From Sphaerodactylus townsendi (Eukaryota), in contig NC_059429.1 of assembly GCF_021028975.2 (NCBI RefSeq), positions 62,558,001-62,622,000 on the forward strand: a stretch of DNA of 64,000 nucleotides. The letters run 5' to 3'. The notes beneath the pieces are model-generated. The model was not told the origin of the DNA. It saw only the letters and a list, made by a program, of their open reading frames with translations, and did not search any database. Each line of letters begins with the position of its first letter. Position 1 is the first letter of the stretch. This document shows positions 63,644 through 64,000 of the stretch, piece after piece. The position numbers and the translations under genes were made by a program.

Positions 63644-64000
63644 CTGACAAGTTTTTGAAAGACACACATTAAAAACGTTGTTGCAGCACATTATAGTTTT
63701 TAAACCATTTTAAATCATATGCAATTATCCAGGGAACAAATCAGTATTTTCCCCCATCATGAACCATTTAACATGTGCTGGACCCACTCAGATTCTGACA
63801 GAACAGACACAGGAGCATTCAACCTCATTCGTTCCTTTTTTTAAAACCAAGATGTGTTGCTAACAAGAAAAACAATTGTTTTCCAAAGGACACTTTTACA
63901 AGTCATACTGCAACTACTGCAGGATAATTACACAGCCTATATAGTTCTATTACCTTTTTCTTAAAATTTACCACTGTGAATACACCATAGTTGTACTTGT

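Overview
Vertebrate genomic DNA from a squamate reptile, probably a gecko (inferred from the repeat families). The window lies inside the FGGY (FGGY carbohydrate kinase domain containing / D-ribulokinase) gene on the minus strand. Four canonical GT-AG coding exons are present: 63555-63643 (89 bp), 27799-27914 (116 bp), 15454-15582 (129 bp) and 8601-8704 (104 bp). They splice into one open frame of 146 codons that corresponds, from recall, to about human exons 5-8. The rest is intron, dense with transposable elements: CR1, L2 and R4/Dong LINEs, tRNA- and 5S-derived SINEs, Penelope-like fold-backs, solo LTRs, hAT/Tigger/Harbinger MITEs and an internally deleted Helitron. There are also several motif-dense candidate enhancers and one 144-N assembly gap. 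The most unusual items are: (1) a ~165-bp satellite carrying telomeric (CCCTAA)n motifs, ending in a hAT-like terminus and starting with a fold-back; (2) a hAT element whose cargo is a frame-preserving 69-bp minisatellite; (3) a type I hammerhead-ribozyme-like motif, sense to the FGGY intron; (4) a composite GC-rich hAT element; (5) an exact 38-bp templated insertion; (6) a sense solo LTR with AATAAA just downstream of an FGGY exon. No second protein-coding gene is supported, and I cannot establish a wholly new system from sequence alone. All repeat-family names come from recognition by eye, not database searches.
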